Numbered from the whole stretch's first letter, positions 46,746 through 59,132 are shown. The stretch is DNA of 63,918 bases, filler included, from Candidatus Fermentibacterota bacterium (GCA_016928395.1; 7 parts of 7 records of this genome joined end to end with filler, not necessarily neighbours in it); one strand, 5' to 3'. Translations and numbers: made by a program. The notes: generated by a model from the sequence alone, not told the origin.

Positions 46746-49700
46746 TCAATCGCTCCCAATACTCCCAGGATTCCCTCCATGTCGAAGTCACGGCTCAGCC
46801 GGCGCAGATGGTCCGCTAGCCGCTGCCCCCGTGCTCCCAACTGCTCGACCGAGTCGAGGGCATTGTCCAACTCCGTCACGCGACCGTACTCGGCAGCCTC
46901 CCGGAGTTCGGCCCACAGATCAGCGGGGATCGGCAGGCTCTTGAATTCATCAGGAGAGCTTCCCGTCTCCTCTCGTTCGAACTCCACCCGCAAGAGCCGT
47001 GCCAAGGAATCATGGAGCGCGGCCAGGCTGACGGGCTTCGCGATGAAATCGTCGAAGCCGGCGCGGAGGTGCTCCTCACGCTCGTGGATCAGCGCGGACG
47101 CGGATACCGCGACCAGCTTCGGAGGCGGGACACCGGCTTCCCCGGCCCTAATCCGGCCCACGGCCTCACGCCCATCCATCACGGGCATACGGATGTCCAT
47201 GAACACGATGTCCGGTTGCTCGTCGCGCACCCGACACAGGGCCTGCTCACCATTCTCCGCAACAGCCACTGATGCCCCCATGTCCTCCAGCAACTGCCGT
47301 AGCACTTCGCGGCTCTCCGCCGTGTCATCGGCGACCACGGCCCTCACCTTGTACCCAACCGCCAACCGAATCCTCCGACCGACTTCCCGCGCTTGTCCTC
47401 TCCCGTGCAGGCGGCGCAGGGCGATCTCGAAGAAGAAGCGCGAGCCCTCCCCCAACTTCGATTCCATGCCCATCTGGCCGCCCATGAGTGCGACGAATCG
47501 CCTGACGATGGCCAGCCCCAGCCCCGTCCCCTCTCCGAGTACCTGCCCCGCCGTCCCCTGGACGAAGGGATCGAGAATCGCGGCCTGCTCCTCCGCCGGG
47601 ATGCCGATTCCCGTGTCCACGACCTCGAACAGGAATCGGATGGTCTCCTGATCCTCCGGGCCCGCTTCACCTGCGGTCATGACGGTGATCCTCAGCAGGA
47701 TCTCCCCCGAGGTGGTGAACTTTAGGGCGTTGGACACCAGATTCAGGAGCACCTGCCGCAGCTTTCCTTCGTCGCCGAGGACGACGATGCTCTCTTGGTC
47801 TTTCGCTCGACCCCCACCCCTGCCGTGGTCCCCCAGCAGGACCCATTCGACCCGCCAACCGACGCCCTTCTGTTCGCAGCGCAGCCGGAACATCACCGAC
47901 AGATCGTTCACCAGACGCCGCAGGTCGAACTCCTTTTCCTGCAGCGTTACACGGCCGGCCTCGATTTTCGACAGATCCAGAACGTCGTTGATGAGTGCCA
48001 GAAGATGGGTGCCGCTCTGCTCAATGGTCTCCAGCGCCGACCGGATGCGGGGTTGGAGCTCGGGGGCGCGCTGGAGAAGCTGGGCATACCCAAGGATGGC
48101 GTTCAGCGGCGTCCGGATCTCGTGACTCATGTTGGCCAGGAACAGGCTCTTGGCCTGATTCGCCGCCTCGGCCTCCTCCTTAGCTTTCTTCAACTCCCGG
48201 CTTTCCTCGACTTCCCGTTCCAGGAGACGCAGGCGGAGGCGCTGGGATTCCCGGCGCTGCCCGTAGTAGCGTGCGCCGAACACACCCGAAGCCGAGATCA
48301 GACCTGCGATGGCCGCCGCAGGGACCACCACCCACCAGGTGCGATACCACGGCGAGTTCACGTCCAACCGGATACTGGCGGGCGCCGAGTACCGTCCATC
48401 ACGACTGACCGACTGCACCTCCAGGATGAACTCCCCGGCCCGCGGTGTTCGCCAATCGAGAGAGGGGCGCGCACTGATCCCCAGGAACTCCCGAGGGGCG
48501 CCGCCTTCGCCGCGAGGCTCGCCGTTTTGCCCCGACGGTCGGCGAATACTCCACAGGTACTGACGCTTCTGCGGAAGGGTGACAAGGTCCACGGCTTCAC
48601 ACTCCACGGTCACGACACTCCCCACCAGGACCGACGGCAGCCCGTGCGTTCCCGCGTGCTCCTCATCGACTCGGGCCGCGGTGATGCGGATCTTAGGTAT
48701 CGCGGCTCTGCGTCGATAGGCTGTTAGGCCATTGCTCGTCCCGATCCATATGGTGCCCTCGCGATCCTCATGGAGGGCGAACACCGAGTTGCTGGCAAGC
48801 CCGTCCCGTTCATCCATGGAGAGCCACGTCGAACCGTCGAAGACTGAGACACCGCCGCCGTCAGTGCCACACCAGAGCCTGCCCTCCGAATCCAGTAGGC
48901 ACGCCGAGACGTGATTGTCGGCGAGCCCGTGTTCGCGGGTGTAGGTCGTGAAGCGGGTTCCGTCAAAGCGGACGACTCCCCCGTCGGTGCCCAGCCAGAG
49001 CATCCCGTCAGACCCGCGGACGACGGCACGCACAGTGGCGCTCGGCAGGCCATCCAGAACCGAGAAGTAGCGGAACCGCTTCCCGTCATACTGGCAGAGG
49101 CCGGCTTTCTCCGTGCCGAACCAGAGAACGCTGTCGTGATCGCTCAGGATGGTATGCACATGGCAGTCCTTCACGCCCATCTCGCCCGTCAGCGTCGAAA
49201 AGGTCAGTGCCGCCAGATCAAGGCGCGAGATGCCCACCGCCCGCGCCCCGATCCAGAGGCTTCCGGCCTGTTCGTGGAGGGTATTGATGCGCTCGAAGGC
49301 AAGACCCTTGTCGGTGCCGAATAGCTGAATGCGTCCTTCGTCATAGCGGGCGAGGCCGCCCCCGTTGGTGCCGAACCAGATGGCGCCGTCAGCAGTCTGG
49401 TGAATCGCCTGCACTGCATTGCTGGGCAGGCCATCGCGCGTCGTAAGACTGGTGAACGTAGATCCGTCGTATCGTGAGGCACCCGCGTCCGTTCCGACCC
49501 AGAGCGCGCCACGGTCATCGCCGGTCACCGTCATGACTCGATTGTGCGGCAGACCGTCCCGCGTGGAGAATGTCACGAGGCTCGCGTCATCGAGCCGGGA
49601 GACGCCTCCCCCATACGATGCGAACCAGAGGGCGCCGGCGGGGTCCTGATGGATGGCCACTATCCGACCGTGGGTGAGGCCGTCAGCCGCTGTGTAGACG

Positions 49701-51883
49701 AGGAAGCCCTCGCCATCGTAGCGGGCAATGCCGCCCAACGTGCCGATCCAGAGGTTCTCCTCGGCGTCACGGGCAACGGCGCTGACTGAGTTGCTCGGGA
49801 GCCCCTCCCTGACCGTGAAAGCGGAGACGGAGCCAGACGCGGGGTCAAAGCGCTGAAGCCCATCGGCAGTGCCGATCCAGACAACGCCGTCCGCACCGCA
49901 GCAGAGCGTTCTGATGCCCTGAAACGGCGTCGCCAGGTCCGAGGTCACGGCCTCCAGCGTAATCCCATCAAAGCGGGTGAGGCCGGCTTCCGAGCCGAAC
50001 CACAGGGTGCCATCTTTGCCTTCCGCGATGGCCGTGACGAGAGTTCGCGCGTGAGCCCCCTCCGCGGCAATCCGTCGGACGCCGTTGTGGTCCGCACAGA
50101 ACACCCCGCTCTTCGCGGCAATCCACAGGCATCCCCGCGAGTCGCGATAGAGCGCCGTCACGCGGGCGTCGCCGACCGCCTCCAGCCGCGCCGGAGTGAT
50201 GGCGGCTGAGCCATTGGAGCGGAAGAGCCCGGCGTCGGTGCCGATCCACATCGTACCGCTGTCGCCGGCGCAGAGGGCGAGGGCCCCATGCCCGGCTGTG
50301 CCCGCTACCGCAAAGTTGATGAAGGCGCTGCCATCGTATCTGGACACGCCGTCATCGGTGCCGAACCAGAGCGCACCAAGGCTGTCCGCCGCGACACAGA
50401 GAACACGAGCGCTGCCCAGGCCGTCGATCTGGGTGAGCGTGCGCCAGAGTCCCTTCTTGGCGGGGGCGACACGAAAGTCGATACTTTGGGCTGTGCCGCC
50501 AGGCATGACCGCCAGCGCCTCGCCGGGTGGGTGCCCGTTGCCTGGGGTCTTTCCAAAGCGTCCTGACCAGTTCTGAGACGTGCCGTTGGGCCGCATGATC
50601 GTGCCGATCGGGCCGGGCGTTTGATTCTGCGCCAGGCCACCCGCGCTCCCCCTTCGCCAGTAGTGCCAGGTCGTGCCGTCGTAGCAGCGCACGAGATGGG
50701 TCACTGGTCTCAGATTCACGAAACGGTACTTGCCGCCCTCATCGGTGAGGGTGCCGGCTACCATCGTGGGTTTGGCGGCTGGCCTGTCGGGCAAGAGCGC
50801 CTGCACCACGATCCCCCCGAGGCCTTTGCCCTCGAAATCGTGGACCGTGCCCGAGATGCTCACTGCATCGTTCAGGGTGAGGCGGACGGCGCGGGAATCT
50901 CCAGACACTACCTGCATACCAGCGCGCCATGCGCCATTGTCACCCCAGGCAGCTGAGAGATCCCACGAGCCTGGCCTGGGCCACGTGACGATCCTGAAGC
51001 TCCCGCCGTCGTCAGTCGAGGTGGAGGTGACCGGTTCATGCTCATACTCGAGCGTCACTGCGGCGTCCGGGAGCAGGGCGCCTTCCTCGTTGACCACCAC
51101 GCCCGAGATCGCACACGGAAGAGGGAGATCCCCCAGCGCCGGGAGATCCGCGGGGAGGCACTGCGCATCACCTCGCATCAGCCCATGATTGCCGCTAGGC
51201 GAGGTGTCGGAGGCGTCTCCTGCGTCGAAGGTCCATGCACCGACGAGGCCCGGCTCGTGGCCCTCCAAGGCCCGATGCATGCCCCCGCGAATATCCTCGG
51301 CGCGTCTCGCTACGCTCCAGACGCGGACCTCATCCAGGCATCCTTTGAAGTCGGCGTTTGCTGCCCAGTGGGGCTTCCCGAAGTAGCTGTGTTCCGTGGT
51401 CCCGATATCCAAGAAACCGCCCGCATACGCGTCATGGCCCACCAGAGTACCGTTCAGGTAGAGCCGCATTCCCGCCGCACCGGATGTGGCCGCGATGTGG
51501 TGCCACCGGCCCAGCCGCAGGATATCGGGCACGGCGACAAGGTGTCGTTCCATGCCGACATGAATGAAGTACTGGAGCGTCGGCGAGTACGACGAGTTGT
51601 TGATGGCGAGGACACGCCACTGCTCTGTTGCACCGAAGCCGATGGGTTGGGAGAAGTAGCTAAACTCGTCCCATCGTACCCATGCCTCGACGGTGGCTTC
51701 GGTGAGATTCTGGAAGATGCCCGACGGCAACTCCACGTAGTCGCCGTCGCCATCCAACTGGAGCACCCGATTCTGGATGGCTCCTGCCTCGATTGATGAC
51801 AAGAGCAGGGCTGCACAGAGTAGGGCCGTCGTTTTGCTCGCGGGTGCGAACTTCGATGAGTCGAGGAGAAACAGGACCATCAT
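46736..51883 (-). CDS. Hybrid sensor kinase: LamG, two carboxypeptidase-regulatory-like domains, beta-propellers, TM, HisKA/HATPase, REC
   Basis: [26 protein letters not shown]; many GL..N.V..D..G.LW.GT repeats; [28 protein letters not shown]. Confidence 0.9.
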   Translation of the reverse strand: MMVLFLLDSSKFAPASKTTALLCAALLLSSIEAGAIQNRVLQLDGDGDYVELPSGIFQNLTEATVEAWVRWDEFSYFSQPIGFGATEQWRVLAINNSSYSPTLQYFIHVGMERHLVAVPDILRLGRWHHIAATSGAAGMRLYLNGTLVGHDAYAGGFLDIGTTEHSYFGKPHWAANADFKGCLDEVRVWSVARRAEDIRGGMHRALEGHEPGLVGAWTFDAGDASDTSPSGNHGLMRGDAQCLPADLPALGDLPLPCAISGVVVNEEGALLPDAAVTLEYEHEPVTSTSTDDGGSFRIVTWPRPGSWDLSAAWGDNGAWRAGMQVVSGDSRAVRLTLNDAVSISGTVHDFEGKGLGGIVVQALLPDRPAAKPTMVAGTLTDEGGKYRFVNLRPVTHLVRCYDGTTWHYWRRGSAGGLAQNQTPGPIGTIMRPNGTSQNWSGRFGKTPGNGHPPGEALAVMPGGTAQSIDFRVAPAKKGLWRTLTQIDGLGSARVLCVAADSLGALWFGTDDGVSRYDGSAFINFAVAGTAGHGALALCAGDSGTMWIGTDAGLFRSNGSAAITPARLEAVGDARVTALYRDSRGCLWIAAKSGVFCADHNGVRRIAAEGAHARTLVTAIAEGKDGTLWFGSEAGLTRFDGITLEAVTSDLATPFQGIRTLCCGADGVVWIGTADGLQRFDPASGSVSAFTVREGLPSNSVSAVARDAEENLWIGTLGGIARYDGEGFLVYTAADGLTHGRIVAIHQDPAGALWFASYGGGVSRLDDASLVTFSTRDGLPHNRVMTVTGDDRGALWVGTDAGASRYDGSTFTSLTTRDGLPSNAVQAIHQTADGAIWFGTNGGGLARYDEGRIQLFGTDKGLAFERINTLHEQAGSLWIGARAVGISRLDLAALTFSTLTGEMGVKDCHVHTILSDHDSVLWFGTEKAGLCQYDGKRFRYFSVLDGLPSATVRAVVRGSDGMLWLGTDGGVVRFDGTRFTTYTREHGLADNHVSACLLDSEGRLWCGTDGGGVSVFDGSTWLSMDERDGLASNSVFALHEDREGTIWIGTSNGLTAYRRRAAIPKIRITAARVDEEHAGTHGLPSVLVGSVVTVECEAVDLVTLPQKRQYLWSIRRPSGQNGEPRGEGGAPREFLGISARPSLDWRTPRAGEFILEVQSVSRDGRYSAPASIRLDVNSPWYRTWWVVVPAAAIAGLISASGVFGARYYGQRRESQRLRLRLLEREVEESRELKKAKEEAEAANQAKSLFLANMSHEIRTPLNAILGYAQLLQRAPELQPRIRSALETIEQSGTHLLALINDVLDLSKIEAGRVTLQEKEFDLRRLVNDLSVMFRLRCEQKGVGWRVEWVLLGDHGRGGGRAKDQESIVVLGDEGKLRQVLLNLVSNALKFTTSGEILLRITVMTAGEAGPEDQETIRFLFEVVDTGIGIPAEEQAAILDPFVQGTAGQVLGEGTGLGLAIVRRFVALMGGQMGMESKLGEGSRFFFEIALRRLHGRGQAREVGRRIRLAVGYKVRAVVADDTAESREVLRQLLEDMGASVAVAENGEQALCRVRDEQPDIVFMDIRMPVMDGREAVGRIRAGEAGVPPPKLVAVSASALIHEREEHLRAGFDDFIAKPVSLAALHDSLARLLRVEFEREETGSSPDEFKSLPIPADLWAELREAAEYGRVTELDNALDSVEQLGARGQRLADHLRRLSRDFDMEGILGVLGAIDHG

Positions 51884-52844
51884 GACTCCACGGGTCAAAG
51901 CGTCCGAACGGGATCGAACCGGATAGAACCCGAGGAGCCCAGGCACGTCAAGCGACCTGGTGGGGGAGCGAGGCTCATGGCCTACGTGAAGCCTGCCGTG
52001 CAGCCGGCGGGCCAGGTGAGCGGCGGCCCACTCCCCACCGCGCTGCCACATCGGAGGGCCGCACTTTGCGGGGCCGGCGTGTTTGCATTGCGTTCACGCC
52101 ACGTGGGCGCGAATCCCATAGTGCCACGTACGGTCCTTGAAACTCACTCGCTCGGTCACGCGCTGCCCGTGTCGCCCTCTCAAACACAACAGAGGCATCG
52201 CACGTGCTGATGCAGCGTTCGTTGACAATCCGCCAATGTCCCGGGCGCTGCTCCCCGCTCCCAGCGCGCCAGACCGTTGTCCTGTGGGAGCGGTGTGAAC
52301 CGCGACCGCCAAGGCGACACCTCGCCTTCCCGTTTGGAGGGCCATGCTTCGTCATGGCCGGCAGTCTACCCCCTCGCGACCACTATTCCAACCATAGAAT
52401 AGTGGCCATCCCGCCCGCCCTCGATCGAGTTGGCTGCCATGTCATCAACATCGTGCCACACCCGCGGGGAGGCCCGTTCACCTTCTCCTCGGACTCTGGC
52501 TCTGGACCCGCTTCCTCCCTCGGTCGCGCACCGTCTGCACCCACGTCCCGTGCGCTGGGGAATGCTCTCGGAGGCGGTACGAACCTCCGGTCGGAACACG
52601 TCGAGTCTGACGACAGGGGCGGGGCGGAGAAGGGCGAAGCTGGAGAGAGCCGAAGGCGTTCGGCAACGGTTGGCGAAGGTGACAGCCGGTCTCCAAATCG
52701 CACAAATCAAGACCCAACCCCACAGGATTGATTCCTGCGAGCCGGTCAGGAGGATTCCCTCTCACTCAGGCTGGCTATCGCAGGCTTGACATCGGGGTGA
52801 CTGCCAGGAGTCTTTCCAAACGGTTCCCGACTTGAGAGGTCTCA

Positions 52845-55800
52845 ATGCGCAACCTGATCCCCAGCTTCGTCGCCGAGAACTTCGCTCGCAATGTGAAGGC
52901 GGGCACGCTCGACGCTGCCACGCTGTCGGTCGACATCTCAGGCTTTACCCCGCTGACCGAAACCCTCTTGTGCCACGAGAAGGATGGGGCTGAGGTACTC
53001 GCCGAGGTCCTGGATGCCGTGTTCGCTCCCCTGGTGCATACGGTGCATCGGTACGGCGGAATCATTCCGCTCTTCGCGGGAGACGCCTTCTGCGCGATCT
53101 TCCCATTTGAGGAGTCTCGAGCCGGCCTGGCTGGCCACGAGGCCGCCCATCGTGCGGCCACCGCCGCCCTCCTGATCCAAGAGAACCTGAGAGGAGACGG
53201 CAAGACCCGGGTCTTTGCCACTCGCCATGGAGAGTTCCCCATTGGCGTGAAAGTCGGGCTCTCGGCAGGAGCGATCTCCTGGGGCATTGTGCCCTACCGC
53301 GACCTCAACGCGTTCTACTTCCGAGGGCCGGGCCTGACGGCAAGTCGTCGGGTGGAACACGCTGCCTCATCGGGTGAGATTCGCGCGGATCAGCGGATTC
53401 TCACCCTCCTCGGCACTATGGCGATGACCTCGCACGATGGGGCTCGTTTCGCCCTCCTCGCGAGGTGTCTGCAGCAGGCGGTCCCACTTACTGACGAACC
53501 TCCATCCATCCCGCGGCAGATCCTCTCGCCCATGGTGCCCGCCGAGCTGCTCAATGGTGAGGTCGAAACGGAATTCCGACACGTCTGCCCGATCTTCATC
53601 CTCTTCCGGGAGCCATCCGACAGGAATGCGCTTCATGAGTTCGTTGCGACTGTCGGAACGCTCACCAACCGTTACGGAGGGTATTTCGCACAGATCGAGT
53701 TCGGTCTCCGGTGGGGTGTCGCGCTGGTGCTCTTCGGTGCGCCGATTGGCTTTGAAGACTCCCTGGAACGGGCGGCCCTCCTTCTGGCTGATCTGCACAC
53801 CCATACCCCTACGCCGCAATGGCGCGCGGCCCTGAGCACAGGAATCACATGGGCAGGGTTCCGCGGCGGAGCCGAGCGCTGCGAGTATGGTGTCTTCGGG
53901 GATGTAGTGAACGTCGCCGCGCGCATCGCGGCGAAGGCGTCTTGGTCCAGAGTCTGGATAACCTCGGAGGCGGCGGGGGCATTGAGGGAGCGCCATCGTG
54001 TCGCGCGAGTGGGGCCCCGGACGCTCAAGGGCAAAGGGGCTCCGCTTGAGATCTTCCGCCTGGAGCATTCGGGGTCGCCTCCACCTCCAAAGGTGCATCA
54101 GCCGACCCTTGTTGGCCGTGACGAGGAACTCGAAAGGCTCCTATCGCTGATTGGTCCCGTGCTGGAGGACGGCCAGGCCGCGGTGGTCGACATACGAGGT
54201 GAGCCTGGCATTGGGAAGACTCATCTGGTGAACGAGCTCCGCCGTCGTGTCGCGCACGGGTGGACGGTGAACTGGTTCACATGTCCCGCTGACCAGGTAC
54301 TGCGGCTGCCCCTCAATCCATTCCGATACTTCCTTCGTGACTACTTCCAGTTGCCGGATCACCAGGAGAACTCGGCGAGCAAGGCGACGTTCACCAGAAT
54401 CATGGAGGATCTGTGCGCGAACCTGGCGGACCCGACCCTGGGAGAACAGCTCCGTCGTGCGGAGTCGTTCCTCGGTTCATTGGTGGATCTCCACTGGGAT
54501 GGATCGCTCTTTGAGCAACTACCTCCACAACTCCGATTCGAGAATGTCTGTGAGGCCTTCCGCGCTTTCATCAGGGCGGAAAGCACTCGCCGCCCGGTCG
54601 TACTGGTGCTCGAGGATGCGCACTGGCTCGATGAGCAATCCCTCGCCTTGCTAAGAGCGCTGACGCGCCATCCGAGGGGAATGGCCCTGGCCATAGTCTA
54701 TACCTCGCGATCGGTCGGGGAGAGCGCCTCGTCCCACCTGCCCCATGATCCCGCAGTCCCATACGAACTGCTCGAGCTGAGACCCTTGGAGAGGCAGTAC
54801 GTCGCGGCCATGGCGAGCCAAGTCTTCGAAGGTCCGGTCGATGACACCACAGTGACGCTTCTTACCGACCGAAGCGCCGGCAATCCTTTCTTTCTCGAAC
54901 AACTGCTGCTGCATACCCGAGAGCGTGGGCATATGACATGGGCCGATGGCATGTGGAAGATGAGAGGCCAGGATGAAGTGCCGGCCAAGGTTGATCGGGT
55001 GGTCACTGCCCGTCTGGATCGGCTGAGCAGAGGCGCACGGCACATGGTGCAAAGGGCATCGGTTCTCGGCCGCGAGTTTTCGCTGGAGGTACTCGCCCTG
55101 CTCGACGGATTCGGCGGCGGAATGCGCAGAGCTCTGGCAGAGGCAGAGGCGGCAGGAATCCTGGTCGGGCTCGACGAGCACCGAGGCGCGTTTCGCCACG
55201 CGCTTCTTCGTGATGCGGCGTATGATATGCAGCTTCGCCGACGTCTGAAGACGCTTCATCTGCGCGCCGCAGAGGCCATCCTCAGCGTGTACCGGCAGGA
55301 TCTCGCTCCCCACTACCCTGACTTGGTTCACCACTATCATATCGCGGACGATACTGCGCAGGAAAGGTACTTCGCATGGCGGGCAGGTGAACAGGCCTCG
55401 ACGCGACACGCTCGAGACGATGCGATTCGCTACTTCACGCGGACCCTGGAACTCACGCCAGATTCAGATCTACGCCAGCAATTCGACGTGCTCGCCGCCC
55501 GGGAAGCGGAGTTCGACATCAAGGGAGAACGAGGATCGCAGCGCCGCGACCTGGAGGAGATGGACAGATTGGCCGGCCGACTGGGGGATGCGCGTCTCCA
55601 GGCGCAGGTTTCGCTTCGAAATGCCTCGTACGGAGAGGCGGTTGCCGACTTCGGGTCGTCCGTCAAGGCGGCGCAGCTCGGGGCTGATATCGGAGAGGTC
55701 ACGGGTGATGCCGCACTCAGGGCCGAAGGCTACCTGCGCTGGGGCACCGCCTTGTGCCGCAAGGGTGATGAGCCATCCGCCCGTGTTCAGCTAGAGAAGG

Positions 55801-57020
55801 CGCTCGCCCTTGCCCGTGAGCAGTCTCTGATGAAGATCCAGGCAGAAACCTTGCGTGTCCTGGGTCTCGTTGCATTCCAGAACGCGCGCTACGATGAGGC
55901 CGAGAGCTACTACGAGGCGTCGCTTTGCCTTGCCCGCGCCCCTGACGCCCGCAACCGCGTCAGCGAGGGTTCTACCGTGCTGAATCTTGGCAATGTGGCG
56001 CTCTACCAGACACAGTATCCCAAGGCGGTGGAGCGATACCGGGAGGCGCAAACCATCTTCAGCGAGATCGGGCATCGGTTGGGGCAGGCAAACGCGCTGA
56101 ACAATCTCGGTTTGGTGTCGAAGCAATCCGGCGCTCACGAAGAGGCCGAGGACTACTACACTCAGGCGGTGGCAGTGTACCGGGATATCGGGAATCTGCA
56201 GGGGGAGGCGCTGGCTGTCGGCAATCTCGGCAACATCGCGCTGTACCGTGGCGGTTATGAAGACGCACTGCACTACTACCAGGAGGCGCTGCGGATTCGC
56301 CAAGCGATCGGGGATCAGTCGGGGGTGGATATGGCATTGACCAACATGGGGATCGTGCAAATCGCCCTGGGTCGATATGCAGAGGCCGAGGATACCCTTC
56401 GCCACGCGCTGCACGTCTGCAAGTCATGCGGTGATAGGCGGGTCGAGGGCTGGGCTCTGGCGTACCGGAGTCTCCTGCATCGCCACACGGGCAACATCGA
56501 ATCGGCCGCGCAAGGGGCCAGGGATGCCCTGGCCAGAGGACAAGAACTCCGTGACGGTGGCATCGAGGCCATGGCCCTGACGTTCCTGGGGTTTGCGCTA
56601 GCGGAATCCGGTGCGCTCGACGACGCGATGGAGGTGCTCCATCGCGCAGTAGGCAAGTTCACCGAGCTGAATCGAATGACAGGAGCCCTGGAGCCGATGG
56701 CCGCCATTGCCCGGGTGAAGGTGGCGCAGGGTCAGATCGATGCGGCTGTGGAGAGTGTGGAAGAGATACTACGGCTCTTGAGCTCGGGCACCATGAACGG
56801 CGCGACTGAACCATTCTGGGTCTACGACACCTGCGTGCAAGTATTGGAGGCGGCTCGAGACCCCAGGGGCGAGGAGGTCCTGGAGGAGGGGTGTCGCCAT
56901 CTTTGTGAGAGAGCCGAGCTGATCCAAAATGCGGAATGGCGCAACTCGTTTCTGAATGAGGTCGCCTGGCACAGGTCCCTCCTTTCCGCGCACGATGCCG
57001 CCGAACGCTTGGAACGCTAG
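52845..57020 (+). CDS. Class III nucleotide cyclase (two domains) - STAND/AAA ATPase - TPR protein
   Basis: VDISGFT, FAGDA, GDVVNVAAR, GEPGIGKT, LEDAHW, GNPFF, FRHALLRDAAY, NLG TPR repeats. Confidence 0.92.
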   Translation: MRNLIPSFVAENFARNVKAGTLDAATLSVDISGFTPLTETLLCHEKDGAEVLAEVLDAVFAPLVHTVHRYGGIIPLFAGDAFCAIFPFEESRAGLAGHEAAHRAATAALLIQENLRGDGKTRVFATRHGEFPIGVKVGLSAGAISWGIVPYRDLNAFYFRGPGLTASRRVEHAASSGEIRADQRILTLLGTMAMTSHDGARFALLARCLQQAVPLTDEPPSIPRQILSPMVPAELLNGEVETEFRHVCPIFILFREPSDRNALHEFVATVGTLTNRYGGYFAQIEFGLRWGVALVLFGAPIGFEDSLERAALLLADLHTHTPTPQWRAALSTGITWAGFRGGAERCEYGVFGDVVNVAARIAAKASWSRVWITSEAAGALRERHRVARVGPRTLKGKGAPLEIFRLEHSGSPPPPKVHQPTLVGRDEELERLLSLIGPVLEDGQAAVVDIRGEPGIGKTHLVNELRRRVAHGWTVNWFTCPADQVLRLPLNPFRYFLRDYFQLPDHQENSASKATFTRIMEDLCANLADPTLGEQLRRAESFLGSLVDLHWDGSLFEQLPPQLRFENVCEAFRAFIRAESTRRPVVLVLEDAHWLDEQSLALLRALTRHPRGMALAIVYTSRSVGESASSHLPHDPAVPYELLELRPLERQYVAAMASQVFEGPVDDTTVTLLTDRSAGNPFFLEQLLLHTRERGHMTWADGMWKMRGQDEVPAKVDRVVTARLDRLSRGARHMVQRASVLGREFSLEVLALLDGFGGGMRRALAEAEAAGILVGLDEHRGAFRHALLRDAAYDMQLRRRLKTLHLRAAEAILSVYRQDLAPHYPDLVHHYHIADDTAQERYFAWRAGEQASTRHARDDAIRYFTRTLELTPDSDLRQQFDVLAAREAEFDIKGERGSQRRDLEEMDRLAGRLGDARLQAQVSLRNASYGEAVADFGSSVKAAQLGADIGEVTGDAALRAEGYLRWGTALCRKGDEPSARVQLEKALALAREQSLMKIQAETLRVLGLVAFQNARYDEAESYYEASLCLARAPDARNRVSEGSTVLNLGNVALYQTQYPKAVERYREAQTIFSEIGHRLGQANALNNLGLVSKQSGAHEEAEDYYTQAVAVYRDIGNLQGEALAVGNLGNIALYRGGYEDALHYYQEALRIRQAIGDQSGVDMALTNMGIVQIALGRYAEAEDTLRHALHVCKSCGDRRVEGWALAYRSLLHRHTGNIESAAQGARDALARGQELRDGGIEAMALTFLGFALAESGALDDAMEVLHRAVGKFTELNRMTGALEPMAAIARVKVAQGQIDAAVESVEEILRLLSSGTMNGATEPFWVYDTCVQVLEAARDPRGEEVLEEGCRHLCERAELIQNAEWRNSFLNEVAWHRSLLSAHDAAERLER

Positions 57021-57381
57021 TTTCGGCCCCGGAGCCCTGAAGGTACCAGGTCTTTGGTCTGCAGCCTTCTCTGCCGCTTTGGGATTTGCGTTCCGTCTTC
57101 GGCTCTGCCCACTCAGGCCTGGAGTACCCGATGGAATCGGGCAATGACGTGAGGAGGTTCTGCGGTCTGCACTGTGAAGGCTCTTGAATTCAGTAGTCAG
57201 GATGCCGAAGCTTTGGCCCTCGACCGATCCATCTAATCGTCCACCCATCCATCATTCCATCGTTCGACCTCATGGCCTTTGAACCCAGCGAATCTGCCAA
57301 CCCAACGAACCGCCGACCTGCCAGGCTGTGGACACCGGGCCGGTGCACACCCGGCCAGAGCTACGGGTGCCAGAGAGCGCT

Positions 57382-57490
57382 TCACTCCTTCTTCAACAGC
57401 CTCGCCACCTTCGTCAACAGGTCCTCGGGCCGAACGGGCTTCTCGACAGAATCGTCTACCGGCAGGAGTACTTCATCCTTCGCCGGGGGA
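57382..57490 (-). pseudogene. C-terminal fragment of a receiver-domain protein
   Basis: Hand translation ..LPVDDSVEKPVRPEDLLTKVARLLKKE-stop; no intact upstream part. Confidence 0.55.
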
Positions 57491-57837
57491 ACGGTCTGGG
57501 TGACGCAGGAGGAATGTCAAGTTGCGGGGAACCGCTGGCACCGGTTCCGAAGTTGCCGAATGAGAATCTGCGCATGTAGAGTGGGCACATAGATGACTTG
57601 AGACTCTCGGAGGCACCCGTCACCTGACGCAGGGCGCGCCGGTTGCCGGCTACTCGCCGCTTGACGGTGGGCGCCGGGCGGCCTTCCTTGGATGCCGCCG
57701 ACTGCGACCGACTCTCACCCACGGGCAGTGGTGGATACGATCGGACCTCTTGAAGCATCTCCTTCGTTACCGGGCCGTTCCCGGCCCATCGGAGCGTCTC
57801 CGCCTGGCGGAGCCGTCAGGCCGAACGAGAGGCACTG

Positions 57838-58257
57838 ATGTCAAGCGTCTCCCTCGACACTGTCACCCAACTGGCACGAATCGCCTTTCTCCTGGGCGCC
57901 GTTACCGACGGCCTTGCGATCCTGCCCATGTTGTCCCGTCGCGTCGGCGCGGCGCTCTTCGGTGGAAACTCATCGCGCTCACACCACGAATACCGCTACG
58001 CCATGGGCATTGGCGCGTCGCTGATGGCAGGCTGGACGCTGCTCCTTCTCTGGGGCGCCGCGAGCCCACTCGAACGGCGCGCGATTCTGGTGCTGACCAT
58101 CTTTCCAGTCATAACGGGCATTGTTGCCGCTACGGTTCTTGCCGTACGCCGCGGCGTCATTCGTCTGTCTCACGCAATTCCGCTCTGGGCGCATCTCGGT
58201 GCTGTCAGCGTCTTCTACGCAGTCGTCTATGTTCTGTTGGGTCGCTTTGCACCCTGA
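57838..58257 (+). CDS. Small multi-pass membrane protein, probable gene cassette
   Basis: Four hydrophobic segments; SD GAGAGG; GTCAGGC 23 bp upstream; attC downstream. Confidence 0.75.
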   Translation: MSSVSLDTVTQLARIAFLLGAVTDGLAILPMLSRRVGAALFGGNSSRSHHEYRYAMGIGASLMAGWTLLLLWGAASPLERRAILVLTIFPVITGIVAATVLAVRRGVIRLSHAIPLWAHLGAVSVFYAVVYVLLGRFAP

Positions 58258-58355
58258 AGCGCGCAGACCTTGGGTGGCTCCCAGTTCCGAAGGACCGCGC
58301 AGCGTTTCAGACAGCCACAAGCTACCGCCGTTGCCGCCGAAGCGGCGGCGGTGCT

Positions 58356-58413
58356 GCCTAACCCAGCGTTGCAGCGGACTCGCTCCGCCCGCCGCTGAAC
58401 GCCAATCTTAGGC
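58356..58413 (+). mobile_element. Integron attC site (R' mutated)
   Basis: R'' GCCTAAC, CGTTGCAGCGG..CCGCTGAACG L arms, R' CTTAGGC instead of GTTAGGC; 58 bp. Confidence 0.75.
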
Positions 58414-58429
58414 GAAGCAGGAAAGCTGG

Positions 58430-58999
58430 ATGGAGAACATGCTGATCCGGGACGCGACCGTAGCTGATATCAGGGCACTTTGCGTGCTGCGGAACTCGGT
58501 CGCCGCTCATGAGGCCAAGCTGCTGGAAGCGGAGCGGGGCACGGTGAGATTCCTTGTTGCCGCCGCCGGCGACGAAATCGTCGGCTTCGCCACGCTCTTC
58601 CTCGCACACCCAAAGACAGGTCCGGCCAAATCCCACATACCCAAGTTGAGCGACTGCTTTGTTGCGACGAACTACCGTTCCAGGGGCATTGGTCGTGCTC
58701 TTGTCAGCGCGCGCGAGAGCATCGCTCGACTCGAGCGTCACACGCGGCTGTTTGTCAGTGTCGACCCGGTGGAAAACCCCCGTTGGTTCGACTTCTTTCG
58801 ACGGCGGGGGTACACAGCGCTCCACGCCGAACCCTACCGAAAACGAGAGCGGCGACACTCGAAGGACGGCGAAATCGAAGAAGTGCTCGTGTGGCGCCAG
58901 GATCTGGTCGTGGACCTCGATGGCCCTGCGGGCCACGGCTCCCCCGCGGACCTGTTAGGCTGCGATGGTAGACCAGACGGCCACAGAGAAAGGGGGTGA
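58430..58999 (+). CDS. GNAT family acetyltransferase, probable gene cassette
   Basis: IRDATVAD, EIVGF, FVATNYRSRGIGRAL, FFRRRGY; starts 16 bp after attC. Confidence 0.85.
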   Translation: MENMLIRDATVADIRALCVLRNSVAAHEAKLLEAERGTVRFLVAAAGDEIVGFATLFLAHPKTGPAKSHIPKLSDCFVATNYRSRGIGRALVSARESIARLERHTRLFVSVDPVENPRWFDFFRRRGYTALHAEPYRKRERRHSKDGEIEEVLVWRQDLVVDLDGPAGHGSPADLLGCDGRPDGHRERG

Positions 59000-59132
59000 A
59001 ACCTATGCCAAAGAAAGACGGAAAGGGCCCAAAGGGCCAAGGACCGAAAGATGGGCACGGCGGAGGAGAAGGGAAAGGAACAAGTAAACCCGCTGGTTCA
59101 AAGAAGGGCGGGAAAAGGGGCGCGTGCTAACC

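Noticed and set aside
51900-52840. Several 80-175 aa ORFs and a 9-bp hairpin (about 52380-52405) in the divergent intergenic region
   Set aside because: No recognisable homology, SD or RNA motif
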